From NCBI GenBank assembly GCA_951406725.2, contig OX597830.1, positions 24,304,001 through 24,368,000 on the forward strand: a stretch of DNA of 64,000 nucleotides. Reading direction: 5' to 3'. Every line of letters begins with the position of its first letter. The stretch's first letter is position 1. The notes under the pieces were generated by a model. It had not been told where the DNA came from. It was given only the letters and a program-made list of their open reading frames with translations, and ran no database searches. This document shows, piece by piece, positions 30,472 to 42,807 of this stretch. This DNA comes from Octopus vulgaris (taxonomy: Eukaryota). The position numbers and the translations under genes were made by a program.

Positions 30472-30802
30472 ACATTCCATACTTTTATACAAACGCACAA
30501 GCACAGACGCACACACACACACACACAGATATGTGTGTGTGTATGTGTGTGTGTGTCTGTGTGTTGTGTGTCTGTGTATGTATATGTATATATAGTCCTC
30601 TGTTTATGCAAACAAAATTGAATACATGTGCATAAGTTGGTAATTATTTTGGCCAGATGTAAATAAACATAGATACACATTTTTGTGTATATACTCTTAG
30701 CGTATATGCTTGTACATATACCCACTCATACATAGCATATATACAGAAATATATAGGCACATATATATACAAGCAACATACATACATACATACATACATA
30801 CA

Positions 30803-30836
<34 letters not shown>

Positions 30837-31752
30837 CACATACATACAAACATAAAGAAATGCATACATACATACAAACATGTTTACATACATACAGACA
30901 TACAGACAGAGAGACGGACAGACAGACGGACAGACAGACGGACAGACAGACTGACAGACGGACAGACAGACGGACAGACAGAATGACATATATATATACA
31001 TACTCATTAATTCACACTAAGAAGCCATATATATTAGAGAAACAAGTCTGTGCAAACAATGTAACTTGTACATATCGCAAACCGCGAACAAACACATAAA
31101 CACACACACACACACACACACACACAAATACACACACACCCACACAAATACACACACATACACACACACACGCGCACAAATCCACACACACATATGCGCA
31201 CATTCACATACACACAAATACGCACACATCCATACAAATGTATTCATACACATACATACATACATACACTGACCCACACACACACAATAACACACACGCA
31301 AGCATACACTCACATACATACACACATTTACACATTCAAGTAGGCGATCTCTGCGAATGGGAAGGGTGCAAACGCTTTCATCAAATACAAACCTGATCTA
31401 AAAACAACACGACAACTTTCGTTCGCTCGCCATGTTGCAAATCCTTATCTCTTCCCAAAGATTCGAGAAACTATGTACAGACGTGTTTGTTTAACAGCTG
31501 AAAGCAACGGCAGAAGTCTATGTAAGGAAGTGTGAGTCTATGCGGAAAGACGTTTAGCAACGTTTTTGATACCGGCCTACGTGGAAAGGTTTGGGGGTAA
31601 TTATAGTCTATGTGGGAGTAGATAGTGGGCTATCGTTTATTTTTTATTCGTTTCATTCACTGGACTACAACCAAGCTGGGGCACTGCGTTGAAGAGTTTA
31701 GACGTTCAAATCGACCCGAGGAGTTTTTTTTTTATTTGATAAGTTTGGTACT

Positions 31753-32148
31753 TACTCTTTTACTCTTTTACTTGTTTCAGTCATTTGACTGTAGCCATGC
31801 TGGAGCACCGCCTTCAGTCGAGCAAATCGACCCCAGGACTTTGTAAGCCTAGTACATATTCTATCGGTCTCTTTTGCCGAACCGCTAGGTTACGGGGACG
31901 TAAACGTACCAGCATCGGTTGTTAAGCGATGTTGAGGAGACAGACACACAAACATATACACACACACATATATATATATACATATATACGACGGGATTCT
32001 CTCAGTTTCCGTCTACCAAATCCACTCACAAGTCTTTGGTCGGCCCGAGGCTATAGTAGAAGACATTCGCCCAAGGTGCCACGCAGTGGGACTGAACCCG
32101 GAACCATGTGGTTGATAAGCAAGTTACTTACCACACAGCCACTCCTAC
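31753..32148 (-). mobile_element. SINE family A
   Basis: Family match. Confidence 0.9.
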
Positions 32149-32192
32149 GTTTATTTAATAAGTTGTTTTGTTTTTTCATTTTTTTTGTTGCT

Positions 32193-32509
32193 GACGCGTG
32201 GCTTAGTGGCTTAGGAAATCGGTTCATAATCGTAAAGTCGTGAGTTCGATTCCAGCGGCGCCCTATGTTCTTGAGCAAGACACTTTCTTCCAAGTTGCTC
32301 CAGTCCACTCAGCTGGAGAAAATGAGTAGTGCCTGTATTTCAAAGGGCCTGCCTTGCCCCATTCTGTGTCACGCTGAATCTCCCCGAGAACTACGTTAAG
32401 GGTAAGCGTGTCTGTGGAGCACTCAGCCACTTGCACGTTAGTTTCACGAGCAGGTTGTTCCGTTGATCGGATCAATTGAAACCCTCGTCGTCGCAACCGA
32501 CGGAGTGCC
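32193..32509 (+). mobile_element. tRNA-derived SINE family B
   Basis: A/B boxes; ends ccctcgtcgtcgcaaccgacggagtgcc; copies at 33770, 22797 and 56597. Confidence 0.88.
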
Positions 32510-32680
32510 AGTTTGTTGCCAGCCCGCTAATTTACGTGAACGTTCACAAAATAACGGCTGTTGTGAAGTGACGGGGGCGACAAAGATACACAGGCACACA
32601 CATGCGCACACATATGCGCACTATACATACACTCACATATGCATACACACACATATATTTATATTTAAATATATTCTTTT

Positions 32681-32726
<46 letters not shown>

Positions 32727-32727
32727 C

Positions 32728-32916
32728 GGGAAGGTTTACGAAAATAAACAAAAGACGAAGGCAGGTGTAGTACAAACAAACAATTGTATTAGTATGGCGC
32801 TCAGGAATAGAAATAAAACAAGTCTTTTACGTTTCGAGCCTACGCTCTTCGATAGAAAGATACACAGAAAAGAAACAAGAAGAGAAAAAAATGCGTGTAG
32901 GAGCTAACGATCCAAC
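32728..32916 (-). mobile_element. ~190-bp hammerhead-bearing Penelope-type short element in (TA)n
   Basis: Homologous to 36505-36702 and 39188-39372; motif TCTTT-CTATCGA-A-GAGC-GTAG-GCTC-GAAA-CGT-A-AAAGA at 32823-32860. Confidence 0.72.
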
Positions 32917-32923
32917 ATATATA

Positions 32924-32993
<70 letters not shown>

Positions 32994-33062
32994 GCTTTTA
33001 CATGCCGAAGACTACTTGGTGTAATTGATAATTATTCCAAATTAATTAATTTCACCCTTCAT

Positions 33063-33124
<62 letters not shown>

Positions 33125-33517
33125 ATATATATATGTATGTGTATGTATATAACATATTTCAAAGGGACTTTGTCTTAAATTCCCTTATGAAGCTTTTTTA
33201 CTAAATAGATTGTATTGATTAATTATTTAATTATTCAATTACATAATTATAAATGGATATATTCTTGGTAAATCAGCTGAAACATATGTTGGATATTTTA
33301 TTCATTTATTAATGTCAATTTATTTTATGGATTTTATAGATATAAAAATAAAATAAATAAATAATATACTTTTTTCCATTGTTAACTTTGTTTTATATTC
33401 TCTAGATCAATGGACATCATGTATTGAGACAAATCTAATTGCTGGAAATGCTACATGTTCTTCGCTCCTCTTCTGAGTCTTACATTATATCTACCTGGAC
33501 TTATCTCCCAATTTTGA

Positions 33518-33607
<90 letters not shown>

Positions 33608-33769
33608 TAAATGAAAGAATGGAGTCGAACGAAGATGTTAACAAAATTCCTTTACTCTCGACACATGTTTCGAAGACAGCATGTTTTCATTCCAAAGGAA
33701 TAAAGGGTGCATTATGCAATCTTCTCATCAGGAAAGAAAGGGAGCCTCTCTCGACAACATAGAAATGGA

Positions 33770-34056
33770 AGGTGCGTAGCGTAGTGGTTAGGGCATTCAG
33801 CCCACGATGGTAGGGTCGTGAGTTCGATTCCTCACTGTGCATTGTGTCCTTGAGCAAGAGATTTATTTCACATTGCTCCAGTCCACTCACTAGCAAAAGT
33901 GAGTAGTGTCCGTATTTCAAACAGCCAGCCTTGTCCTATTATCTGTCATGTTGAATCTCCTGGAGATTTATAGGAAGGGTACTTTAATTTCACGAGCCGG
34001 CCGTTTCGTTGATCTCATCAACTGGAGCCCTCGTCGTCGTAACCGACGGAGTGACA
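33770..34056 (+). mobile_element. SINE family B (diverged)
   Basis: Matches 32193-32509. Confidence 0.82.
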
Positions 34057-34874
34057 GTTAGGTTACGTAGATCGTTATATTTGGTATATGTGGATATGAG
34101 CAGTAAGTAAATGATTGTCTTTATTGATCTGTATGGGAAGATGTTCGCCTGTGTGGGAGGTGTTAGCGCATGTGGGGAGAATTTCGCTTGTGTAGGAGAT
34201 GCTTCTGCATGTGGATCAGAAATATATTGGTCTTTACGAGAGTGGTTAGTCTATTAGGAAAGGTTTCGATTTGTGGGAAATTTCTTTTGATTTGTGGGGA
34301 ATTTCTTGTCTTTCATGCTCTATATTGGAACGCGTTGGTTTGTGTGAAAGATGTTTGCCCACATGGGGGTTTTTTACTCTCTGCGCGGAAAATGTTAGTG
34401 TACGTATGTTAATTGGGGAAATGCTGGTCTTTATGGGAGGTATTGCACTATGTTACAAGTAGTAGATCTATGTGAAGTGACGTTGTTACACTTGTTGTAT
34501 AACCCTATGTCATCTGTAATCCAGCAGAAGACACTAAGGCAGGCAGAACGCCACTTGAACTACTAGACGCGTGCCTCAGATTCATATCAGTTAAGAAGTG
34601 ACCATACAGCACACACATATATGAAATTTGACACACATATATGAAATAGGATGCAGTATATGCACATACTGCACTCTCACGACTGTCCAGTAATTTTCTA
34701 TACACCCCCAACCCCGATTCTAGTTGTAACCATAGATGAGTCAGATACGGTAGAATGCGGGTAGATGTAGTTCGTGTTTGTTTATGTAGAGATATTTTGG
34801 CTGTATTTGAAGATGCTAGTCTACCTTTCCGGCTGGTCTAATTTGTGGCAACAATAACGTATATAAAACTAGTA

Positions 34875-35003
34875 ACCTACGATTTCTACGCCGGATGACA
34901 GCAAGACAGTTTGGCAATTATGTATAATTTATCTATACTTTATCGATATAAACATAATCTCAATTCTAGGGAAAATATATAGAACACTTATGCTTATATA
35001 TAC

Positions 35004-35041
<38 letters not shown>

Positions 35042-35148
35042 ATACACATATATGTTTGTGTGTGTGTATATATACATATATATACATATACGTATGTGTA
35101 TGTGTGTGGAGAGAGAGAGAGGGAGAAAGAGAAAGCGACTGAACCTAG

Positions 35149-35189
<41 letters not shown>

Positions 35190-35248
35190 AATATATATAT
35201 ACATATGTGTGTGTGTATGTGTGTGTATATATACATACATATACATAC

Positions 35249-35279
<31 letters not shown>

Positions 35280-35281
35280 CA

Positions 35282-35359
<78 letters not shown>

Positions 35360-35475
35360 TAAGTGTTCAATGTATTTTCCCTGGAAATGGAACTATGTTT
35401 ATATCGGTAATGTGCAGATAAATTATACATAATTACTAAACTGTCTCCTCGTCAACTGGTTTAGAAAACATAGGT
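34875..35475. repeat. Imperfect ~120-bp inverted repeat around a microsatellite spacer
   Basis: gacagtttggcaattatgtataatttatct...gggaaaatatatagaacacttatgc mirrored at 35354-35475. Confidence 0.8.
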
Positions 35476-36504
35476 ATATGATAGGATGGTTACTAGATTT
35501 AGCTGATTATTTGGTCGATAAAGAATCAGGGTTTGAGAACGTCCACGTCCTTCGTGAGTTTTTTTTTTTTTCCCCTGTCCTCCGCACGTTCCTTTGTCTT
35601 CTTCCTCTGCAACATTTTACTACCATCATCGCCATTAATTGTACTGCTACGCACTTTATTTCCATTTTCTCTACCTGTGCGTGACAATGCCTTTCTAATC
35701 ATCTACCTGAATTCTTTTCCTTTCTTACTTTACTCTTCTATTGCTTTTTTCCGTCTATCCTTTTCTTTCCTTGGCATTCAACCTTCTTTCCTTCTACCAT
35801 TTCACTGACTCTTCCTCCTACATTTCCCATCTTACCCTCCATCTGTCATTCGCTCTCTATCTACATACCTCTCCCCTCTCCTCTTTCTAGATTTGTCAAT
35901 TCTTATTCATTCATTTTCTCCTGTGCGACCCTTCCTTCTATACCACTCTTTCTATTTCTTTCAATCCTCAACTGCTCTTTTTTTCTCTGCCCTCCCAAAA
36001 GATACCACAGGACCACATTTCTTCCTTAAAATTACCCATCCTTATTGGCACTGACCGTCTTTTCATCAGTAGTATTCTATTCAGATCCTGATTTGTCTAA
36101 CACTTTAAATTCAATTGCAGCTTACGGTTTGCCAACGCCTAAGTTCCTGTTTCTTGTTTTTCTATATATATTTCCCACAGCCAAACGGACAACATTCTTT
36201 CTTAATAGCGTCATATTCGCAAAAGCCTTGTTTTACTTGTGTCAACATCTGCGTCGTTTTCGTTACTTGCTTTTTCGTTTAATATAGTTTTCCTTTCTCC
36301 TCATTCCTCGTCCTTTATGTCTCGTCTTTTTTTTTATACTTCTCTTATTCTATTCTTGTTCGTACTCCTGTTCCCTAATTTATATCCCAGCAACGTTTGT
36401 TCTTGGCGCTACCAAATTAAACAATGGTAACCATTTTTGCTCGATAACTGATGAAGGATTGAACATGTCCATGACCAAATTTTGTATGTGTATATATATA
36501 TTGA

Positions 36505-36698
36505 TTCGTTAGTTACTGCACGCATATTTTTTTCTCTCCTTCTTTCTGTGTTTTTTTTCTCTGTGTATCTTTCTGTTGAAGAGCGTAGGCTCGAAATGTT
36601 AAAGACTTGTTTTATTTATATTTCCTGAGCGCCATACTAATACAATTGTTTGTTTGTTTTCCACCTGCCTTCGTCTTTTGTCTATTTTCATAAAGCTT

Positions 36699-36702
<4 letters not shown>
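36505..36702 (+). mobile_element. ~190-bp hammerhead-bearing short element
   Basis: TCTTT-CTGTTGA-A-GAGC-GTAG-GCTC-GAAA-TGT-T-AAAGA at 36568-36605; 3' end runs into (TA)n. Confidence 0.72.
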
Positions 36703-36736
<34 letters not shown>

Positions 36737-36754
36737 GTGTGTGTGATTGTGTAT

Positions 36755-39175
36755 AGAAGAATATATTAATAAAAAGAATTCCAACCTTGTCTGATTTTCA
36801 CGTTTTATTTACAATCTTATAATGATATATTATAAGATAATATATTATAATTGAATAAAATAAAATGAAATAGTAGAATGTTAAATATTCATTCTGATTG
36901 AACTAGTACTTTCATGCATTGAATTCTGCAATCTTCGGGTTCATGTAGTAGTGTTGACAGTCATGCTTCACAATTTTTGACTGTAGCAAGATGAGTGATT
37001 CTGTGCTATAAATACAGCTGGGTAGGCTCCAGAGTGCTAGGTTTTGCAAACTGTATTCTGACCAATCAGTGTGTAGTATCACTCAATTACTTAAGCTGAT
37101 TGGTTGGTTGAGCTGATTGGTTTAGGCATCACGCTTTGTTGGACAGGTCAAGAGTCCTGTATCTTGACCCTGGCCGAAGCAGCAATTGTTGGGTTATTTT
37201 TAGAAATGTTGTAAATATCCTTTGTCAGAGATTTTTATATTTTTATATTTCAATTGTCATCATCATCATTGTCAGCACCTTAATTATTGTTGCTAGTGGT
37301 GATGGTGGTGGCAATAGAACTTTTAACCCTAAATAAGATAATTTTCCTGCTATCTTCGTCTTGATCACCTTTAGTATTGTTGTTGTTGTTAGTGGTCATG
37401 GTCGTAGCAGTGGAAGTAATACCTCTAAGTATTATTATTATTGCTTATTTAGCTTGGGTTCGAATTTATCAATAAAATTCTTTTCTCTGATTTTCCTCTC
37501 GATTTCACTTGGGCTGTGTAATTTGTAGAATGGAAATATTATATATATTTTCCGACCACATGTTGCTAGGTGGTTACTCAAAGGTATCTGACGGACCTCT
37601 GGGTCTCTAATCTGTTGCCGGTGTACACGTGAGCGTTCTAATAGTGCGTTTCCCGTCTGACCTACATATATTTCTTCACAATTTGGGCATTTGATGCAGT
37701 AAATTAAATTTCTGCTTTTGCAGTTCATATTCGCGTTTGTGAATATTTTCCCGGTTTTTGTGTTTATATATTGACCGGTATGTATGAATTGGCATGTGCC
37801 ACATCGGCTATCATTGCATTTAGATACCGTGAATGTTTGGTCTTTGTTGCTGAGGTCAAATTTTGCCTTTGTTAGTAATGTTTTCAAGTTTTTAGGCTGT
37901 CTTTTACTAAGCACCATAGCTCGATCCTTGATTATGTCTTTTAATTCATTACTTTGGGCAATGATTGGTAGGTTTGCTTTGGCAATGTTGAAGATATTCT
38001 GGTGACATGGGTTGTGTGTCACTATGAATGGTATGACTTGTTCTTGTTTTCCTCTTCCTTGGGTTGTCCTAAGTTGTTGTATAGGTATTTTTATAGCCCG
38101 CTGTATGCCATTTTCTATAAGTAGAGATGGGTATTTTTGTTTGAGCAAAAATTCTCTTAGTTCTATTAGGCGTTTGTTCCTGATATTTGCATCTTCTACA
38201 ATAGTACAAATTCTTCTGGCTAGGCAGTATGGGATGTTACGTTTTGTATGTGGTGGATGGCACGACTTAAAATTTAGGTATTGATGTGTGTCTGTGTGTT
38301 TATAGTATATATCTGTGGTGATGGTGGTGTCTTTTTTAATTACCATTATATCCAGGAATGGTAATTTGGTACTACTCATCTCCTTTGTAAATTTGAGAGA
38401 TGGGTGTAGGTTGTTCAGGAGGATATTGAACTCTTCCAGAGTATTTAGAGATTCTGTCCAGATTATGAAACAGTCGTCTAGGTATCTCTTCCATGCCTTT
38501 TCAATATACTTTCTAAATCCAGTGCCATAGTTTACCTCCACCTCTTGGTAGAGTTGTTCTTCTAAGTATCCCATTACAGAGTTGGCGTAAACGGGAGCAA
38601 ACCTCGTTCCCATCGCCGTGCCTCTAATTTGGATGTAATTCTTTCCATTGAAGAAGAATGTGTTATTTTCTAGAATAAGTTTGACTGTGTCTAATATAAA
38701 TGGCACTGTGAATCTGCTGGGAATCACTTCTCTATGTTTTTCTAACCAGTATTTAATCGCCTTTATTCCTAAATCGTGTGGAATATTGGTGTAGAGGCTT
38801 ACCACATCAAAACTTAGCAAAACTGAATTTGTTTCTGTTGTTTTGGGAAGATGGGACAGGAAGTCGATGTCATCCCTGATGAAACTTGGTATGTAAGTAC
38901 ATAGTGGTTTCAAAACAATGTCAATAAAATTGCTTAGACGGTGTGTAGGGCATGCTGGACCAGCTATAATAGGTCTAAGTTTTAGGTCTTTTGGATGTAA
39001 TAATTTTATGTACTCACTTTCTTGTTCTTTTACTGCCTGTTGAATGTTTTTTGATTTGTGTATTTTTGGTAAGCCGTAGAAGTTGCTGGGTTTTGGTTCA
39101 AAATTGGTGATGTAGTCTTTTTCATTATCCGTAAGTGAGTTGTGGTGTGTTGAAATCAGGTTGTTGATATAATAT
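36755..39175 (-). mobile_element. Penelope-like retroelement, 5'-truncated, with 3' UTR
   Basis: Contains the RT/GIY-YIG ORF and a downstream hammerhead; bounded by TA-rich tracts. Confidence 0.9.
36900..36942 (-). ncRNA. Minimal type-I hammerhead motif in the Penelope 3' region
   Basis: Minus strand GAAC-CCGAAGA-TTGCA-GAATTCAA-TGCAT-GAAA-GTAC-TA-GTTC; same sense as the ORF. Confidence 0.7.
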
Positions 39176-39210
39176 ATATGTATATATAGGGGAGAATTCA
39201 CAAAAAACAA
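37438..39210 (-). CDS. Penelope-like reverse transcriptase with C-terminal GIY-YIG endonuclease (uninterrupted frame; true start missing)
   Basis: FYGLPKIHK, LRPIIAG, SFDVVSLYTNIP, GTAMG, RYLDD, LPFLD, SCHPPHTK, CNDSRCGTC, NLIYCIKCPNCEEIYVGQT; track start is a TTG in flanking repeat. Confidence 0.93.
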   Translation of the reverse strand: MFFVNSPLYIHIYYINNLISTHHNSLTDNEKDYITNFEPKPSNFYGLPKIHKSKNIQQAVKEQESEYIKLLHPKDLKLRPIIAGPACPTHRLSNFIDIVLKPLCTYIPSFIRDDIDFLSHLPKTTETNSVLLSFDVVSLYTNIPHDLGIKAIKYWLEKHREVIPSRFTVPFILDTVKLILENNTFFFNGKNYIQIRGTAMGTRFAPVYANSVMGYLEEQLYQEVEVNYGTGFRKYIEKAWKRYLDDCFIIWTESLNTLEEFNILLNNLHPSLKFTKEMSSTKLPFLDIMVIKKDTTITTDIYYKHTDTHQYLNFKSCHPPHTKRNIPYCLARRICTIVEDANIRNKRLIELREFLLKQKYPSLLIENGIQRAIKIPIQQLRTTQGRGKQEQVIPFIVTHNPCHQNIFNIAKANLPIIAQSNELKDIIKDRAMVLSKRQPKNLKTLLTKAKFDLSNKDQTFTVSKCNDSRCGTCQFIHTGQYINTKTGKIFTNANMNCKSRNLIYCIKCPNCEEIYVGQTGNALLERSRVHRQQIRDPEVRQIPLSNHLATCGRKIYIIFPFYKLHSPSEIERKIREKNFIDKFEPKLNKQ

Positions 39211-39372
39211 AAGATGAAGACAGGCGGTGTAGACAACAAACAGATGTATTAGTATAACGCTCGGGAAGTGAAAAAGTCTTTAACGTTTCGAGCCTACGCT
39301 CTTCTACAGAAAGGAACACAGAAAGAAACAAGGAGAGAATTAAAGAATGTGTAGTAGCTAGCGATCTATCAT
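39188..39372 (-). mobile_element. ~190-bp hammerhead-bearing short element
   Basis: CTTT-CTGTAGA-A-GAGC-GTAG-GCTC-GAAA-CGT-T-AAAG at 39278-39313. Confidence 0.72.
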
Positions 39373-39394
39373 AGTGAATGTATATGTATATATT

Positions 39395-39464
<70 letters not shown>

Positions 39465-40498
39465 TATACATAATCACAATTTAGGTTAGTTGAAATATGT
39501 TTGTCACATATTTCAACTAACCTAAATTGTGATGATACGTAAAAATGCTTAGCACATTTACTCCGAAAATTTGGGGAAGGGGCCAGTCGATTAGATTGAG
39601 CCCAGTGCGCAACTGGTACTTAATTTATCAACCCTGAAAGGATGAAAGGCAAAGTCGTCACTGGTGCTAAGCTGTATCCGCCTTTGCCTTTCCCTTGGAT
39701 AACATCAGTGGCGTGGAAAGGGGAAGCTGGTATGCATGGGCGACTGCTGATCATCCATAAAAACAACCCTAGGATGTGCGTTCGCTGGTGAGGCGACTTT
39801 CTGCCCAGACTTGTACCCTGGAGGGGAACCTCTTAGGTGCACCCATAGTCATTCCTCACCGACGGAGTCGTTAATTTATTTATTTGGTTTGACTAGCACC
39901 CACCGTCACTAAAATGACGGCTATACTTGTGGCCTTTCGGCTAGAGACACTCAAAGCATTTCGTAGAAGTTGCATGTATTATCTAACTACAGTTTCGTTC
40001 GGTTGCCATGCAACTTCAAATTTGGTAAATTCGTCACACGAATGAAACCGGACGAGCTACGTTTGTGTGATGAGCCTGCGAATCTTTAAGCTGCATGGAA
40101 ACGCATGAAGCTGTTATTAAATAAGGCATATATATACACTCGCGCGCATGCGTGAGTGCATGTGTGTATGTGTGTGTGTGTGTGCGTGTGTGTGTATCTG
40201 CGTAGATGTTTGTGAATGTGTCTGTCTTCTGAGCTGTCTTTACTGTTGAGACCACTTAGAGATCGCTGTTGTTATTTATGCACAGAAATTCTGTATAGGA
40301 TACCGGCTTCATGAATTTAGTGGATCATATCAAGTCTATAATTTAAGTCGATCATATCAGAGCCAATAACCAGAAACCAATAAATGTATAGCAGAATAAA
40401 GGAATAAAAGAATGAATGAATACATACATACATACATATATATACATCAACAAAGACAGGCGTACGCAGTTATATAATCTTTTCATATGTATGCGAGT

Positions 40499-40532
<34 letters not shown>

Positions 40533-40944
40533 CGTATGTATGCATGTATGTATATATGAGTATATGTATATGTGTGTGTGTGTATGTAAGTGTGTATGTA
40601 TTGTAGATTTATCTGCATTTATTTATATTTTTAATGAACATTTGACTTTTAAAAGACTTATGTAAATATATTAAATTACAACAGACGCTAGTAAACAATG
40701 ACACAGTGGGAAATAATGAGATAGGCTTGTGTTGTGTGTACGTGTATCGGTTCTCGTGTGTATATCTCTGTATGTGAATTGGTATGTGCATGTGTATGGG
40801 TATGTGTATGTGTATGGGTATGTGTATGTGTATGGGTATGTGTATGTGTATATACGTGCGTGTGAGAGCTGGTGTATGTTTGCGTGTTATGTGTGTGTCA
40901 CTATGTTCTTGTGTATGTGTCTGTATATGAATATGAATGTTTAT

Positions 40945-40979
<35 letters not shown>

Positions 40980-41034
40980 CGTGTGCTGTTTGTGTATATA
41001 TATTTATCTCTCGGTGTGTGACTATGATTTATGC

Positions 41035-41065
<31 letters not shown>

Positions 41066-41246
41066 TGTATGTATGCGATCTTCTCTGTGCGTGAGGTGTG
41101 TAGATATTCGGGTACATATTTGCTTGTATGTGAGGTTGTCTGTGTCCCTGTATATGTGTGCATGTGTATGTATTTATATATATATAAATATATATTAATA
41201 TACATACAAATATATTTATGTGTATATATATATTTATATATGTATA

Positions 41247-41312
<66 letters not shown>

Positions 41313-41390
41313 CGTTTATTGCGATGTGTGTGTGTTCGTGCCTCTGGGTATGCGAAGGATTTATCGTTCCTTTCTCTCTCTCTCTCTCCC

Positions 41391-41427
<37 letters not shown>

Positions 41428-41845
41428 GGGGGAAAGAGAGAGAAATATAGCAGTATGAATATACACACACACAAATACATACACATACATACGTAGATAC
41501 ACACACAGAGATACATAACATACATGCAAGTATACTCATATACATATATACATACATGTATATGTGTGTGTGTGAGTGTGTGCGCGTGTGCGCGTGTATG
41601 CGCATGTGTGTGTATCTGCACCTGTGTGTGTGTGTGTGTATATGCGTCTGTGTTGTTAGTCTCATACTGTCGACATTTCTTCAATAAACAAGGAACTCAT
41701 TGGTCTCAAATGAAGAATTAAAACCACCTTCGCTGGAATCTACGCAACAATAACTGTCTGAAGTCATTCAATGGTCTTTTAGATTCTTACTCTTACGACG
41801 ACATATTGAATTTAAGATAAACACTTGAAGCATTATTATTATTAC

Positions 41846-41893
<48 letters not shown>

Positions 41894-41959
41894 GTAGAAT
41901 CTCGATTCCAATGAATCTGCTGCAACCAAGGCAACAATACTTCATGTATTGTAGCTATA

Positions 41960-42445
41960 AGAAGAAGGAGGGGCAGGTGCAGGAGGAGGAGAATGGATAT
42001 GAGGTGGTGGTGGTGGTGGTTGTGGTGGTAGTTGTGGTGGTGGTGGAGGAGGAGGAGGAGGAGGAGGGGGAAAAGGAGCATGAAGAAAGATGATAGGGAA
42101 ATGGAAAAGAAAGAGAAAAGGAACAAGATGGAGGAAGAGGGGGGAAGAGGAGGGGGAAGAGGTGGAGGATGATGATGATGATGAGGAGGAGGAGGTGGTG
42201 GTGGTGGTGGTGGTGGCGGAAATGGAGGAAGAGATGGAAGAGGAGAAGGAAGTGGAAGAGGAGGAGGAAGAAGTGGAAGAGAAGGAGAAGGTGAAGGAAG
42301 GGAGGAGGAGGAGGAGGAGGAGGAGGAGGAGCATGAAGAAAGATGATGAAGAAAAGATGAAAAAGGAGAGATAAAATATGATGGAGGAGGAGGAGGACGA
42401 CAACGACGGGGAGTGGGGGACGAGGACGAGGAGGGGGTGGTAAAA
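41960..42445. repeat. Purine-rich low-complexity region (GGA/GGT/GAT)
   Basis: Directly visible. Confidence 0.9.
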
Positions 42446-42558
42446 TGACCGAAACGTTAGGTTCGTTTCCTCTTGAGGCCAAATCAATTTTCTTAAAGTC
42501 TCTTGCTACGAATCATTTATCTTTATATTGCTTCTGTTGCTGTTGCTTGCATCTTTGC

Positions 42559-42594
<36 letters not shown>

Positions 42595-42807
42595 CCTAGC
42601 CGCTTTTGTTGCTGTTTCTGTTCTTGTTTTTTCTTTTTGCAGCTCCAGCTCTACAGAAATATGAACAAAGGCCGTCTCTAGTTACTCTTCTGGTTCTTCA
42701 GATATAATCTCTCAGCAGATGAAAACCAACCATGTATGTAATTGCTACGGTACGAGTTTATTTGAAAAAGATTAGCAGTTATTCCTAGCTAATATAGCCC
42801 CTACGTA

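Noticed and set aside
36440-36480. CTGATGAAGG as a hammerhead core
   Set aside because: No downstream GAAA or stem III
39176-39210. Start codon of the 590-aa ORF
   Set aside because: It is a TTG in a neighbouring repeat; the first ~13 residues are read-through
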